Shown: positions 13,140-28,904 of the stretch, piece after piece
Layout: every line of letters starts with the position of its first letter
Numbering within the stretch: the first letter of the stretch is position 1
DNA from: Octopus vulgaris
Lineage: Eukaryota
Direction: 5' to 3'
DNA: 64,000 nucleotides
Assembly: GCA_951406725.2 (NCBI GenBank)
Contig: OX597814.1
Span: 115,878,001 to 115,942,000 of the forward strand
Made by a program: the position numbers and the translations under genes
Notes under the pieces: model-generated
Databases searched by the model: none
The model's input: the letters and a program-made list of their open reading frames with translations, nothing else
Told to the model about the DNA's origin: nothing

Positions 13140-16100
13140 CTGCCTTCGTTCTCTTCTTTATTTCTCTTCTATCATTCTCTTCTTTTCTCACTCGTTCTCT
13201 TGCTCTCCTCTCTCTCGTTCTCTTTCTCTTCTCTCTTCGTTCCCTTCTCTATTTCGTTCTCGTTCTCCTTTTTTCTCTCGTCTATTTTCCTCTTTTCTCT
13301 CGTTCTGATTCTTATTTCTCTCTTCTCTTTTCCTTCTATCTTCTGTCTTCTCTCTTCTCTTTTCCCCCTTGCCTCTTCTATCTTGCCTCTTGTATCTTGC
13401 CCCTTCCTTCTTGCCCCTTCCTTCTTGCCCCTTCTATCTTCTCCCTTCCTTCTTGCCCCTTCTATCTTCTCCCTTCCTTCTTGCTCCTATTTTCTCTCTA
13501 CCTTCTTGCCCCTTCTATCTTCTCCCTTCCTTCTTGCTCCTATTTTCTCTCTACCTTCTTGCCCCTTCTCTCTTCCTTCATGCCCCTTCTATCTTCCTTC
13601 ATGCCCCTTCTCTCTTCCTTCTTTCCCCTTCTCTCTTCCTTCTTTCCCCTTCTATCTTCTCTCTTCCTTCTTTCCCCTTCTATCTTCTCTCTTCCTTCTT
13701 TCCCCTTCTATCTTCTCTCTTCCTTCTTTCCCCTTCTATCTTCTCTCCTTGCTCCTTCTCTCTTCCTTCTTGCTCCTTCTCTCTTCCTTCTTGCTCCTTC
13801 TCTCTTCCTTCTTGCTCCTTCTCTCTTCCTTCTTGCTCCTTCTCTCTTCCTTCTTGCTCCTTCTCTCTTCCTTCTTGCCCCTTTTCTCTTCCTTCTTGCC
13901 CCTTCTCTCTTCTCACTTGCCTCTTCTCTCTTCCTTCTTTCCCCTTCTATCTTCTCTCTTTGCCCCTTCTCTCTTCTCACTTGCCTCTTCTCTCTTCCTT
14001 CTTTCCCCTTCTATCTTCTCTCTTCCTTCTTTCCCCTTCCATCTTCTCTCTTCCTTCTTTCCCCTTCCATCTTCTCTCTTCCTTCTTTCCCCTTCAATCT
14101 TCTCTCTTCCTTCTTTCCCCTTCCATCTTCTCTCTTCCTTCTTTCCCCTTCCATCTTCTCTCTTCCTTCTTTCCCCTTCCATCTTCTCTCTTCCTTCTTT
14201 CCCCTTCCATCTTCTCTCTTCCTTCTTTCCCCTTCCATCTTCTCTCTTCCTTCTTTCCCCTTCCATCTTCTCTTCCTTCTTTCCCCTTCCATCTTTCCCC
14301 TTCCATCTTCTCTCTTCCTTCTTTCCCCTTCCATCTTCTCTCTTCCTTCTTTCCCCTTCCATCTTCTCTCTTCCTTCTTTCCCCTTCCATCTTCTCTCTT
14401 CCTTCTTTCCCCTTCCATCTTCTCTCTTCCTTCTTTCCCCTTCCATCTTCTCTCTTCCTTCTTTCCCCTTCCATCTTCTCTCTTTCTTCTTTCCCCTTCC
14501 ATCTTCTCTCTTCCTTCTTTCCCCTTCCATCTTCTCTCTTCCTTCTTTCCCCTTCCATCTTCTCTCTTCCTTCTTTCCTCTTTCATCTTGCCTCTTCTAT
14601 CTTCTCTCTTTCATCTTGCCTCTTCTATCTTCTCTCTTCCATCTTGCCCCTTCTATCTTCTCTCTTCCATCTTGCCCCTTCTATCTTCTCTCTTCCATCT
14701 TGCCCCTTCTATCTTCTCTCTTTCATCTTGCCCCTTCTATCTTCTCTCTTCCTTCTCCCCCTTCTATCCTTCTTTCCCCTTCTCTCTTCCTTCTTTCCCC
14801 TTCTCTCTTCCTTATTTCCCCTTCTCTCTTCCTTATTTCCCCTTTTCTCTTCCTTTTTTCCCCTTCTCTCTTCCTTCTTTCCCCTTCTCTCTTCCTTCAT
14901 GCCCCTTCTCTCTTCCTTCTTTCCCCTTCCATCTTCTCTCTTTCATCTTGCCCCTTCTATCTTCTCTCTTCCTTCTTGTCTCTTCTATCTTCTCTCTTCC
15001 ATCTTGCCCCTTCTATCGTCTCTCTTCCTTCTCCCCTTCTCTCTTCCTTCTTTCCCCTTCTCTCTTCCTTATTTCCCCTTCTCTCTTTTTTTCCCCTTCT
15101 CTCTTCCTTCTTTCCCCTTCTCTCTTCCTTCTTTCCCCTTCTCTCTTCCTTCTTGCCCTTTCTATCTTCTCTCTTCCTTCTTTCCCCTTCTCTCTTCCTT
15201 CTTTCCCCTTCTCTCTTCCTTCTTTCCCCCCTCTCTCTTCCTTTCCCTCTCTCTCTTCCTTCATGCCCCTTCTCTCTTCCTTCTTTCCCCTTCCATCTTC
15301 TCTCTTCCTTCTTTCCCCTTCTATCTTCTCTTTCATCTTTCCCCTTCTATCTTCTCTCTTTCATCTTGCCCCTTCTATCTTCTCTCTTCCTTCTTGCCTC
15401 TTCTTTCTTCTCTCTTCCATCTTGACCCTTCTATCTTCTCTCTTCCATCTTGACCCTTCTATCTTCTCTCTTCCATCTTGACCCTTCTATCTTCTCTCTT
15501 CCATCTTGACCCTTCTATCTTCTCTCTTCCATCTTGACCCATCTATCTTCTCTCTTCCATCTTGACCCTTCTATCTTCTCTCTTCCATCTTGACCCTTCT
15601 ATCTTCTCTCTTCCATCTTGCCCAATCTATCTTCTCTCTTTCATTTTGCCCATTCTATCTTCTCTCTTTCATTTTGCCCAATCTATCTTCTCTCTTTCAT
15701 TTTGCCCAATCTATCTTCTCTCTTTCATTTTGCCCAATCTATCTTCTCTCTTTCATTTTGCCCAATCTATCTTCTCTCTTTCATCTTGCCCCTTCTATCT
15801 TCTCTCTTTCATCTTGCCCTTTCTATCTTCTCTCTTTCATCTTGCCCTTTCTATCTTCTCTCTTTCATCTTGCCCCTTCTATCTTCTCTCTTCCTTCTTG
15901 CCCTTTCTATCTTCTCTCTTCCTTCTTGCCCCTTCTATCTTCTCTCTTCCTTCTTGCCCCTTCTATCTTCTCTCTTCCTTCTTGCCCCTTCTATCTTCTC
16001 TCTTCCTTCTTGCCCCTTCTATCTTCTCTCTTCCTTCTCCCCCTTCTGTCTTTCTTTCCCCTTCTCTCTTCCTTCTTTCCCCTTCTCTCTTCCTTCTTTC

Positions 16101-18305
16101 CCCTTCTCTCTTCCTTCTTTCCCCTTCTCTCTTCCTTCTTTCCCCTTCTCTCTTCCTTCTTTCCCCTTCTCTCTTCCTTCTTTTCCCTTCTCCCTTCCTT
16201 CTTTTCCCTTCTACCTTCCTTCTTTCCCCTTCTCTCTTCCTTTTTTCCCCTTCTCTCTTCCTTTTTTCCCCTTCTCTCTTCCTTCTTTCCCCTTCTCTCT
16301 TCCTTCTTTCCCCTTCTCTCTTCCTTCTTTCGCCTTCTATCTTCTCTCTTCCTTCTTTCCCCTTCTCTCTTCTCTCTTCCTTCTTTCCTCTTCTATCTTC
16401 TCTCTTCCTTCTCCTCCTTCTATCTTTCTTTTCCCTTCTCTCTTCCTTCTCCCCCTTCTATCTTTCTTTTCCCTTCTCTCTTCCTTCTCCCCCTTCTATC
16501 TTTCTTTTCCCTTCTCTCTTCCTTCTCCCCCTTCTCTCTTCCTTCTTTCCCCTTCTGTCTTCTCTCTTCCATCTTACCCCTTGTATCTTCTCTCTTCCAT
16601 CTTGCCCCTTGTATCTTCTCTCTTCCATCTTGCCCCTTGTATCTTCTCTCTTCCATCTTGCCCCTTGTATCTTCTCTCTTCCATCTTGCCCCTTGTATCT
16701 TCTCTCTTCCATCTTGCCCCTTCTATCTTCTCTCTTCCATCTTGCCCCTTCTATCTTCTCTCTTCCATCTTGACCCTTCTATCTTCTCTCTTCCATCTTG
16801 ACCCTTCTATCTTCTCTCTTCCATCTTGACCCTTCTATCTTCTCTCTTCCATCTTGACCCTTCTATCTTCTCTCTTCCATCTTGACCCTTCTATCTTCTC
16901 TCTTCCATCTTGACCCTTCTATCTTCTCTCTTCCATCTTGACCCTTCTATCTTCTCTCTTCCATCTTGACCCTTCTATCTTCTCTCTTCCATCTTGACCC
17001 TTCTATCTTCTCTCTTCTATCTTGACCCTTCTATCTTCTCTCTTTCATCTTGACCCTTCTATCTTCTCTCTTTCATCTTGACCCTTCTATCTTCTCTCTT
17101 TCATCTTGCCCCTTCTATCTTCTCTCTTCCATCTTGCCCTTTCTATCTTCTCTCTTCCATCTTGACCCTTCTATCTTCTCTCTTCCATCTTGACCCTTCT
17201 ATCTTCTCTCTTCCATCTTGACCCTTCTATCTTCTCTCTTCCATCTTGACCCTTCTATCTTCTCTCTTCCATCTTGCCCCTTCTATCTTCTCTCTTCCAT
17301 CTTGCCCCTTCTATCTTCTCTCTTCCATCTTGCCCCTTCTATCTTCTCTCTTCCATCTTGGCCCTTCTATCTTCTCTCTTCCATCTTGGCCCTTCTATCT
17401 TCTCTCTTCCATCTTGGCCCTTCTATCTTCTCTCTTCCATCTTGGCCCTTCTATCTTCTCTCTTTCATCTTGCCCCTTCTATCTTCTCTCTTCCATCTTG
17501 CCCCTTCTATCTTCTCTTCCATCTTGGCCCTTCTATCTTCTCTCTTCCATCTTGGCCCTTCTATCTTCTCTCTTCCATCTTGGCCCTTCTATCTTCTCTC
17601 TTCCATCTTGGCCCTTCTATCTTCTCTCTTCCATCTTGCCCCTCCTATCTTCTCTCTTTCATCTTGCCCCTTCTATCTTCTCTCTTCCATCTTGCCCCTT
17701 CTATCTTCTTTCTTCCATCTTGACCCTTCTATCTTCTCTCTTCCATCTTGACCCTTCTATCTTCTCTCTTCCATCTTGACCCTTCTATCTCTCTCTTCCA
17801 TCTTGACCCTTCTATCTTCTCTCTTCCATCTTGACCCTTCTATCTTCTCTCTTCTATCTTGACCCTTCTATCTTCTCTCTTCCATCTTGCCCCTTCTATC
17901 TTCTCTTCCATCTTGACCCTTCTATCTTCTCTCTTCCATCTTGCCCCTTCTATCTTCTCTTCCTTCTTGACCCTTCTATCTTCTCTCTTCCATCTTGACC
18001 CTTCTATCTTCTCTCTTCCATCTTGACCCTTCTATCTTCTCTCTTTCATCTTGACCCTTCTATCTTCTCTCTTTCATCTTGCCCCTTCTATCTTCTCTCT
18101 TCCATCTTGCCCCTTCTATCTTCTCTCTTCCATCTTGCCCCTTCTATCTTCTCTCTTCCATCTTGGCCCTTCTATCTTCTCTCTTCCATCTTGGCCCTTC
18201 TATCTTCTCTCTTCCATCTTGGCCCTTCTATCTTCTCTCTTCCATCTTGGCCCTTCTATCTTCTCTCTTTCATCTTGCCCCTTCTATCTTCTCTCTTTTC
18301 CATCT
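13140..18305. repeat. Polypyrimidine/polypurine satellite with 21-bp and 28-bp units built from a 7-mer
   Basis: Units ccttctc-tcttcct-tctttcc and ccttcta-tcttctc-tcttcca-tcttgac. Confidence 0.95.
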
Positions 18306-18921
18306 GATCTGTTTTATGCAAGTCAGGCCTGACGCCAACGAGACTGCAACAATAAAAGAGGAAAATTTCCCGCCACTATTTGCTGAAACTGACTGCTTGA
18401 ACGCCACTGTTTTGTTTCCTCTTTCGCTTCACTCATCTTTTTTCACTCTGTTCTGTTTGTTCTCTCTGGACTGTCTTTGTTGCGGGGCTTGTCTTGTTTC
18501 TTTGAATTTTTCGTTCCCGTCGCTGTCACTCGTACTGTATTAAAAAATTCCCCCGTCGTGCTCTGCCGCTCTAGCGTGCGCACCGCCTATATAGTACATT
18601 TTTAAAATTTCTTTTTTCCTTTCCCTTCTCGTCCTCTGCTGCTGTCGCTTGTACTACATCTTTTCTTGCCGTCGTTTGTTGCTGTCGTTTGCAGATTTTT
18701 GTCTTGTTTCTGTGTGTGCGCGTGCGTGTTAGTCCTGGGTTTGTTCTGTTTGTAGGGCGGCACGTTTGTGTCTCTGTTCGTCCTGTCGTCGTTCGTGGTT
18801 GTTACTTCTCAGCAAACTGACGATTGCACCTCTCTCTCCTCCTCAGACTACAGATATTCCACTTGAAAACGACAGATCCCTCTCCTTATATCAATATGTC
18901 ACCACAGGTGATCATTCTTCT

Positions 18922-18955
<34 letters not shown>

Positions 18956-18956
<1 letters not shown>

Positions 18957-20586
18957 TAACAGTTACCCGGCGTTGCCCGTATTACATGCAATTGAAGAAT
19001 TAGACTTTTCTGTTATATTTTCTGTAATGAACTGGAATACCTATGTTTCGGATTTCACCGAAATTGTTGAGAATTATTTCCCACTTTACGCACCCTAAAA
19101 AAATTGTAATCTTGCCACATGTACCCCATACTACTGATTTGTATGCGCATATTCCAAAATTCCCTTCTTATAGAACCTGAAAAATGGCCGTAATGGAGCT
19201 CTAAAATGTGAAAGTTAAGGCTCCTATTGCAGGTGGGCGTCTTAATGTCAAACAGAAGTTGAATTGTTGAGAATCTCTTTAAGTTGGATCCTATATCTAT
19301 TGTTTGAATTTCTTTCAAATAGGAAATATATGTTCACTGCAAAGCTACAGGAAACCAAAAGACGAATGATCACAATAAGTAGTCAGATACCCTAGTCGTT
19401 ACCACTTCCAATGTAGTATTCCTCACCATCCAGGTGACAGGCACAGCCGTAAGGTGCATTACGAATCTATAGGAATTGGAAGGGCGTGATGCAACTGAAA
19501 TAAACATTAACAACTGTATGACGTGAGGGCTAACGAGAAATAAAAGTTGGAGTTTTCAAATGACTACTATACTGATACGTAACTGGACAGAATAAATTTG
19601 CAATTTATAAATGTCTTTGAATAACTAGTCACTCATCTGGGAAGGCCATGAAATCAATGATACCATGTGGGGACTATGTGTGACTCAGTGATAATAAAAA
19701 GACTGAAAGGAGGTCTGTAATCAAGTAACTTTACTCAACACTTTGCAACTGAATCAGTGGAAGCAAATAGGCTTCTCATTTACTTGACAATTTATGCAGC
19801 ACATTGCAGAAATCACAATCTAAGTGTATGTCAAAGCAAACTCTTACACTGTTGTATCATTGAATTAAAAATAATGCTCATCTTTTATGCTCGGGTGACC
19901 TTACAGCTTCCAAGAGTACAACTATTCATCTTTGCTTAGATAAAATGACAAAATTGTGGGTGTTAAGTCCCCACAAAGAGGTCTTTCTAACTCGTAAGAA
20001 GATGAAATTTTATAAATATTACTTAATTTGTATCGAATATCTATGGTTAAAATTTCATCAACAGCAAAAATATATGAACTGGCATGGGGGTTATGGCCCT
20101 TATGCATAGAATATAATTTCCAAATTTCGTAAAGATCCATTCAGTACTTTTGACCTAGTTTTGGATCATAAAAGAAATGACTAAAATTTGGGAGTTAAGG
20201 TTCCCATTAGGGTGTCTTAGAATTCTCATGTGAAGTGGAAACTTTGAGAATACTTCTTGATGAAATTTCAACCATTGGTAATTGACACACATCAACATCG
20301 AAAATTTATGAATTTTCATGGGGGTTCTGCCCCCTTTAAGCCATCTGAAATTCAAACCAAACATATTGCATTATACCCACCCGCCTTATGCATTGAATAA
20401 GTTTCAAATATTATAAGGATCCATTCAGTAATTTTGGTCCATGAAATTGTATGAAACACACAGCATTACCCTTCTCCATAGTCTTGGATTTTTGTGCTCC
20501 AAATTTCATTATAATCGGTGCAGCAGGTTTGGAATGTATAAGTAACACACGAACACTCATAAAGACATTGACTTTGATATAATAGA
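18956..20586 (-). mobile_element. Non-autonomous Helitron (~1.6 kb)
   Basis: The minus strand begins TCtattatatcaaag and ends with hairpin acgggcaacgccgggt followed by a degenerate CTAG (ttag). Confidence 0.65.
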
Positions 20587-20915
20587 TATGAATGTTCATA
20601 TATACATACGTGTATGTGTGTGTGTGTGTAATACACACGCACACACAAAGTTAAATTGACAGATATAACTGAGTGGGCAAAGAAAAATGAGACACAGCCT
20701 AGTGCTTTTTTATGTTGATAAACCTGGTACTTATTCTATTAGTTTCTTCTTGTGAGACCAGTAAATTATGGGGATGTAAATAAGCGAACAGCAGTGATGA
20801 GGGTGAAACATAGAAACAAAGTCGCACACATACACTTATATATATATATATTTCTATACGACTGATTTCTTTAAGTTTCTGTCTACAAAATCTCTCTTTC
20901 TCTCTCTTTCACTCG

Positions 20916-20967
<52 letters not shown>

Positions 20968-20984
20968 GTATATATGTCCGTCTG

Positions 20985-21075
<91 letters not shown>

Positions 21076-21166
21076 GTGTGTATATATGTGTGTGTGTGTA
21101 TGTGCGTGTGTATATATATATATATGTGTGTGTGTATATGTATGCGTGTGTATATGTATATATGTA

Positions 21167-21804
21167 TGTCAGGTCACTTTCGAATGCTACTGGTAACATG
21201 TAATCCAGTACAACCTGTCGCATGGTCGGGCCGTCGGCGACTAAACTGGCAACCCCACCAAGCTTGCTTAGTGAGGAGGGTGTTTATTGGACACCCTGCG
21301 GGATGAAAAACAAACCCGTCAAAGGGCGGAGGAACTCTTGAGAGCCAACGGCCATCCAATAAATGTCTTAAGGCTGTATCATGCGCAGGGACATAGAAAT
21401 AATCGGACTGAATACCCGATCGCGCGGTAAAACCATTGGGAGTGAAGGACTCCTAGCCTTTGTTAGGGCATCCTTCTAGGAGGAGGTAACTGGGATAACT
21501 CCGACATAAAACCTGCGGCTTAGTGGTTACCGATGATGTTGACTTGTTCTTCTTTTCGGATTATGGCTGCTGTTGCTTAGTGAGTGGGATTGATCAGTGC
21601 ACAGCCTTTCCTCACATTACAAAAATCTTCTTGCACAGGCATTGCACGATAACAATATTGTTCATGATTGTTGATGGTGCTATGAGTCTCAACTGAATGG
21701 CTGGCTGTAGCCTTAAAAAGCAAATAAGTCACATTCGATCACAGCACCAATAACAGTTAAGCTTCGTGCAATGGCCATACTCGATAACGAGGGGGGAGTC
21801 ATCA
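21167..21804. mobile_element. Non-coding interspersed element, possibly RTE-derived
   Basis: GC-richer island inserted in (TA/TG)n. The family assignment is weak. Confidence 0.3.
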
Positions 21805-21944
21805 TGTATATATATATATATGTATGTATGTATGTATCTGTGTGTATATGTATGTATGTATCTGTGTGTATATGTATGTATGTATCTGTGTGTATATGTG
21901 TGTATGTGTGTGTGTGTGTGTATGTATATATATGTATGTATATA

Positions 21945-23215
21945 CGAGGGGCGTTCAATAAGTAATGCCCCTGACCCACTTCCCATAGCAGTAGAGCAAC
22001 GAAACTTGGCACAGTTATTAGTCTTTTCCTACATAGGAACCACCCAGAGTTACGTCTTTCTCCCATTGTTTAATGCAGCTCTGGAGACCGTTTTTGTAGA
22101 AGACCCCAGCTTGGTCCTCCAACCTCGACGTGACTTCAGAAATCAAGGCTGCATCATCTGGGAAACGCTTTCCTTTCAAAAACAACTTCATGGCTGGGAA
22201 GAGATGGAAATCAGAGGGTGCAAGGTCAGGAGAGTTCATAGGGGGCGGAGTTCATAGCCGCACACCTGTGCTTCTGATCTGGCGACACGCGAGTTGTGGC
22301 CCGGAGCGTTGTCCTGCAGGAGGAGGATGCTTTTGCTGATCTTGCCCCGCCTCTTGATTTTGATGGCTTCTCTTAATTTCCTCAAAAGTGAAGCATAATA
22401 GGCTCCTATAATTGTGGTACCCTTTGCCAGGAAATCTGTCATCATTACTCCGTCCTGGTCCCAGAAGACTATGAGCATGATCTTGCAAGTGGAGGGCTGC
22501 ACACTTGCCTTCTTTGGAGGAGGTGAGTCACGGTGCTTCCACTGCATTGACTGGGCTTTGGTCTCTGGATCATCGTGATGGACCCAGGTTTCATCATGTG
22601 TAATCAGTCTTTTGAAAAAGTTAGACACATCTTCTTGGCACATCTCCAAATTCATCCTCGTGCACTCGACGCGTTCTTGCTTCTGGAAAGGTGTGAGCAA
22701 CCTGGAAATCCATCTGGCAGACACCTTTTGCATATGCAAATAGTCATGAATGATAGTGTCCACAGACCCAGTACTAATCTTGACCTCATGGACTATTTCC
22801 CGAATAGTTATGCGTCGATCTTCCAAAATGGCAGCCTCAACTTGACGGACAGATACCTCATCAATGGCAGAAGTAGGGTGACCAGATCTGGGAGCTGTTT
22901 CCACAGAGTTCCGACCATGTTTGAATTCACGATGCCAGCATTTTACAAGGTCATATGATGGGGCATCATCACCATAAGTTATTTTCATTTCAGCAAAAGT
23001 CTCCCGTGGTGTGCGTCCTTTCAAATACAAAAACCGGATCACTGTTCGACACTCAACAAGCTCCATTTCACACTTGACTCAGTTCAAACACCTGTAAATC
23101 AGAAACCACAATTAGTTCACAGCTGTAATTTGCTACTTAATCTATAGAGATATCAATAATTGCACATGCAAAAACTGCAAGTGGGCCAGAGGCGTTACTT
23201 ATTGAACGCCCCTCG
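21945..23215 (-). mobile_element. Near full-length mariner transposon with frameshifted transposase
   Basis: TIRs cgaggggcgttcaataagtaa / ttacttattgaacgcccctcg flanked by TA. ORF 22236-23066 has HTH, DETW and QDNA motifs, and ORF 22018-22239 has SPDLAPSD. Confidence 0.95.
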
Positions 23216-23573
23216 TATATGTATGTGTATATGTATGTATATGTATGTATATATATGTATATGTATGTATATGTATATATATGTATGTTTGTGTATATGT
23301 GTGTATGTGTATATATGTATGTTTGTGTATATGTGTGTATGTGTATATATGTATGTGTATATGTATGTATGTATGTGTGTATGTATGTATGTATGTATAT
23401 ATGTATGTATGTATGTATATATGTGTGTATGTATATATGTGTGTATGTATGTATGTATGTATATATATGTGTGTATGTGTATATATGTGTGTATGTGTAT
23501 ATGTATGTATGTATGTGTATATGTATGTGTATGTATGTATATGTATATGTATATATATGTATGTATGTATATT

Positions 23574-24088
23574 ATCAGAAAAACAAAAAAGATAGATGGC
23601 ATGACAGGCCTCGTCTATTGGGGTCGACTAGAAAAGCTAAAACTTTATTCTCTCCAACGTCGCCGTGAGCGCTACATCATCTGCATGATGTGGAAAATAT
23701 TCCATCAGCATTGCCCAAATGATGTTGGCATCACCTTTAAGGTACATCCAAGGCTTGGGCCCTGTGCCATCCGCCCAAAACAAAAATCGCATTCTCATCT
23801 CATAACAACAATACGGCACAATTATTTCACCTCAATTGGCCCCGCTCTCTTTAACATTACACCAAAACACATTAAAACAGAAACAGACCCTATAGGGTTC
23901 AAGAAGTCTTTGGACAGATTCCTTCAGGAGATCCCGGATAAACCCCCTACACCCGGATATGTCTCTGTAAACAATAACTCTCTACTTGAGTGGGCCATAG
24001 TGCCCAAATTCTGACTTGAAAGAATTCACCAGGTGGTGCTATTAAGTTAGACATGGCCTGGGCCAATAATGGCCGAAACCTATCAAAG
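23574..24088 (+). mobile_element. 3' fragment of CR1/L2-group LINE
   Basis: RLEKLKLYSLQRRRERY...FKKSLDRFL, followed by a structured 3' UTR and a (TATG)n tail. Confidence 0.85.
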
Positions 24089-24747
24089 TATATATGTATG
24101 TGTATATGTATGTATATATATGTATGTGTATATATGTATGTGTAAGTGTATATATGTATGTGTATGTGTATATGTATGTGTGTATATGTATGTGTATATA
24201 TGTATGTGTGTATATGTATGTATATATATGTGTATATGTATGTGTGTATGTATATGTATGTGTATATGTATGTGTATATGTATGTATATATATGTATGTG
24301 TATATGTATGTATATGTATGTATGTGTATATGTATGTGTATATGTATGTATATATATGTATATGTATGCATATATATGTATGCATATATATGTGTGTGTA
24401 TGTGTATATATGTATGTGTATATGTATGTGTGCATATGTATGTGTGCATATGTATGTGTATATATGTATGTGCATATGTATGTGCATATGTGTGTGTATA
24501 TATGTGCATATGTGTGTGTATATATGTGTGTATATATGTGTATGTGTGTGTATGTGTGTATATATGTGTATGTGTGTGTGTATGTGTGTATATGTATGTG
24601 TGTGTGTGTATGTATATGTATGTGTGTGTATGTATATGTATGTATGTGTGTGTATGTATACGTATGTGTATATGTGTGTATGTATATGTATGTATACCTG
24701 TATATGTATGTATACCTGTGTATGTATATGTATGTATATATGTATGT

Positions 24748-25643
24748 ATGATCTATATGCTGTGAGTCAATGGGCAGACAGAAACAAAATGCAACTGAAT
24801 GAGAGAAAATTTGAGCTGATGCATTTTGGAAGAAATTCCTCACTAAAACAACCATACTCTCTTCCTTCAGGGGAACCGCTCACAGCCTCTGGGTGTAATT
24901 GTTGATGACGATCTCAGTTGGAGTGCACACATCAACAAGAAGGTCGATATAGCTCGTAGGATGAATTCCTGGATCTTAAGAACTTTCCGGTCCAGAGAAC
25001 AAGGTGTCATCATACCACTTTTTTCCTCCTTTGTACGGCCACACCTTGAATACAGCTGCCCACTGTGGTCTCCCCATACAAGACAAAACATCTCCAGGAT
25101 TGAGTCACCCCAGAGGGCACTTACTAAACGAATTGAAGGCATGGCTGCTCTCGATTATTGGGATCGCCTTAAAGCCTTGAAACTTTACTCCCTCCAGCGT
25201 CGCCGTGAGCGGTACATCATTTGTACGATGTGGAGAATATACCGCCAACTTTGCCCAAACGACCTTAACATTAGCTTCAAGGTTCATCCAAGACTGGGAC
25301 CACGGGCCATACGTCCCCTGCCCAATTCAAGATCACAACATACAAGTACACTGCAACATAATTTCTTTTCCTCAACAGGCCCTGCCCTATTTAACATTGT
25401 CCCGAGGGAGATCAAAGAGGAAAAGGATCCCATCAACTTTAAATGGAGTCTGGATAGATTCATTCAAAGAATACCAGATAAGCCACCCATAATTGGATAC
25501 AACTCACCCAAAAAGAACTCACTACTTGAACAAAACTTGACTTTAACAAAACTTGATTTAAACAGGATTCCAATAATCCTATCAGGTGGTGCTATTAAGT
25601 TAGACATGGCCTGGACCAATCTTTGGTCGAAACATATCTAAGT
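24748..25643 (+). mobile_element. 3' fragment of CR1/L2-group LINE (post-RT region)
   Basis: DLYAVSQWADRNKMQLN..KF, LGV..D..LSW..HI, VRPHLEYSCPLWSP and YSLQRRRERY motifs. Confidence 0.9.
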
Positions 25644-27367
<1,724 letters not shown>

Positions 27368-27370
27368 TGT

Positions 27371-27736
27371 GGAGGCGCAATGGCCCAGTGGTTAGGGCAG
27401 CGGACTCGCGGTTTCGATTCCCAGACCGGGCGTTGTGAGTGTTTATTGAGCGAAAACACCCAAAGCTCTACGAGGCTCCGGCAGGAATGGTGCTGATCCC
27501 TGCTGTATTCTTTCACCACAACTTTCTCTCACTCTTACTTCATGTTTCTGTTGTACCTGTATTTCAAAGGGCCGGCCTTGTCACTCTCTGTGTCACGCTG
27601 AATATCCCCGGGAACTACGTTAAGGGTACACGTGTCTGTGGAGTGCTCAGCCACTCACATGTCAATTTCACGAGCAGGCTGTTCCGTTGATCGAATCAAC
27701 CGGAACCCTCGTCGTCGTAACCGTCGGAGTGCTTCC
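27371..27736 (+). mobile_element. tRNA-derived SINE (family C)
   Basis: Head ggaggcgcaatggcccagtggttagggcagcggac...ggtttcgattccc. Related heads occur at 39626-39917(-), 42728-43002(-), 46283-46530(+) and 7951-8165(+). Confidence 0.85.
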
Positions 27737-27855
27737 ATGTGTGTATGTATATGTGTATGTGTGTGTATGTGTATGTGTGTGTATGTGTGTGTGTGTATGT
27801 ATGTGTGTGTGTGTGTGTATGTATGTATGTGTATGTATGAATGTATATATGTGTA

Positions 27856-28226
27856 TCTCTCTCTATATAAACGGCAGTTTGTCTGTGTGTCTGTTAGGTT
27901 GTACCCTCACCCTGACCACGACTTTCAACCGATTCTGATGAAACTTAACACACACATAGCCCAATGTCATAATTCAAAACTAACGCAGCGAAAATTTTGA
28001 AAAGTTCCCCCAGTTCTGAAAAAAATCGATAAATTCGACATGGGATCGAGAATCAGAAACACAAACCACAGACTGTCTAGGGGACGCAACTCGACCTTTT
28101 TAACTCTCAAAAAATTTACCATCATTTTTTTTCCCATTTTTTTGCTATTTTTTGGCTATAACTCTCTAAAAATCCTTTATAGTTAATTCCCTTACAAACC
28201 CGAGCAACGCCGGGCGATACTGCTAG
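27856..28226 (+). mobile_element. Non-autonomous Helitron
   Basis: A|TC start, hairpin cccgagcaacgccggg, CTAG|T end. Confidence 0.8.
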
Positions 28227-28230
28227 TATG

Positions 28231-28269
<39 letters not shown>

Positions 28270-28557
28270 GTGTATATATGTATGTATATTTGTGTATATA
28301 TGTATGTATATTTATGTATATATGTATTTATATATATGTATGTTTATGTGCATATGTATATATATATATGTATGTATGTATGTAGATGTATATATGTATG
28401 TATGCATGTATATGTGTATATATGTATGTATGTAGATGTATGTGTATATATGTATGTATGTAGATGTATATGTGTATGTGTCTTCTGCTATAGCCCCGGA
28501 CCGACCAATGCCTTGTGAGTGGATTTGGTAGATGGAAACTGAAAGAAGCCTGTCGTA

Positions 28558-28588
<31 letters not shown>

Positions 28589-28604
28589 GTGTTTGTGTGT
28601 CGTA

Positions 28605-28635
<31 letters not shown>

Positions 28636-28863
28636 GTGTTTGTGTGTCTGTGTTTGTCCCCCTAGCATTGCTTGACAACCGATGCTGGTGTGTTTATGTC
28701 CCCGTTACTTAGCGGTTCGGCAAAAGAGACCGATAGAATAAGTACTGGGCTTGCAAAAGAATAAGTCCTGGGGTCGAGTTGCTCGATTAGAAGGCGGTGC
28801 TCCAGCATGGCCGCAGTCAAATGACTGAAACAGGTAAAAGAGTAAAAGAGATATATTTGTATG

Positions 28864-28903
<40 letters not shown>

Positions 28904-28904
<1 letters not shown>

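Noticed and set aside
13121-18543. Long Ser/Leu/Phe/Pro-rich ORFs (up to 786 aa) and Glu/Arg/Lys ORFs on the opposite strand
   Set aside because: They are open in all frames only because the pyrimidine satellite lacks stop codons.
27371-27432. tRNA gene candidates (also at 11515, 39845, 47608 and others)
   Set aside because: These are A/B-box heads continuous with SINE bodies and do not form complete cloverleaves.
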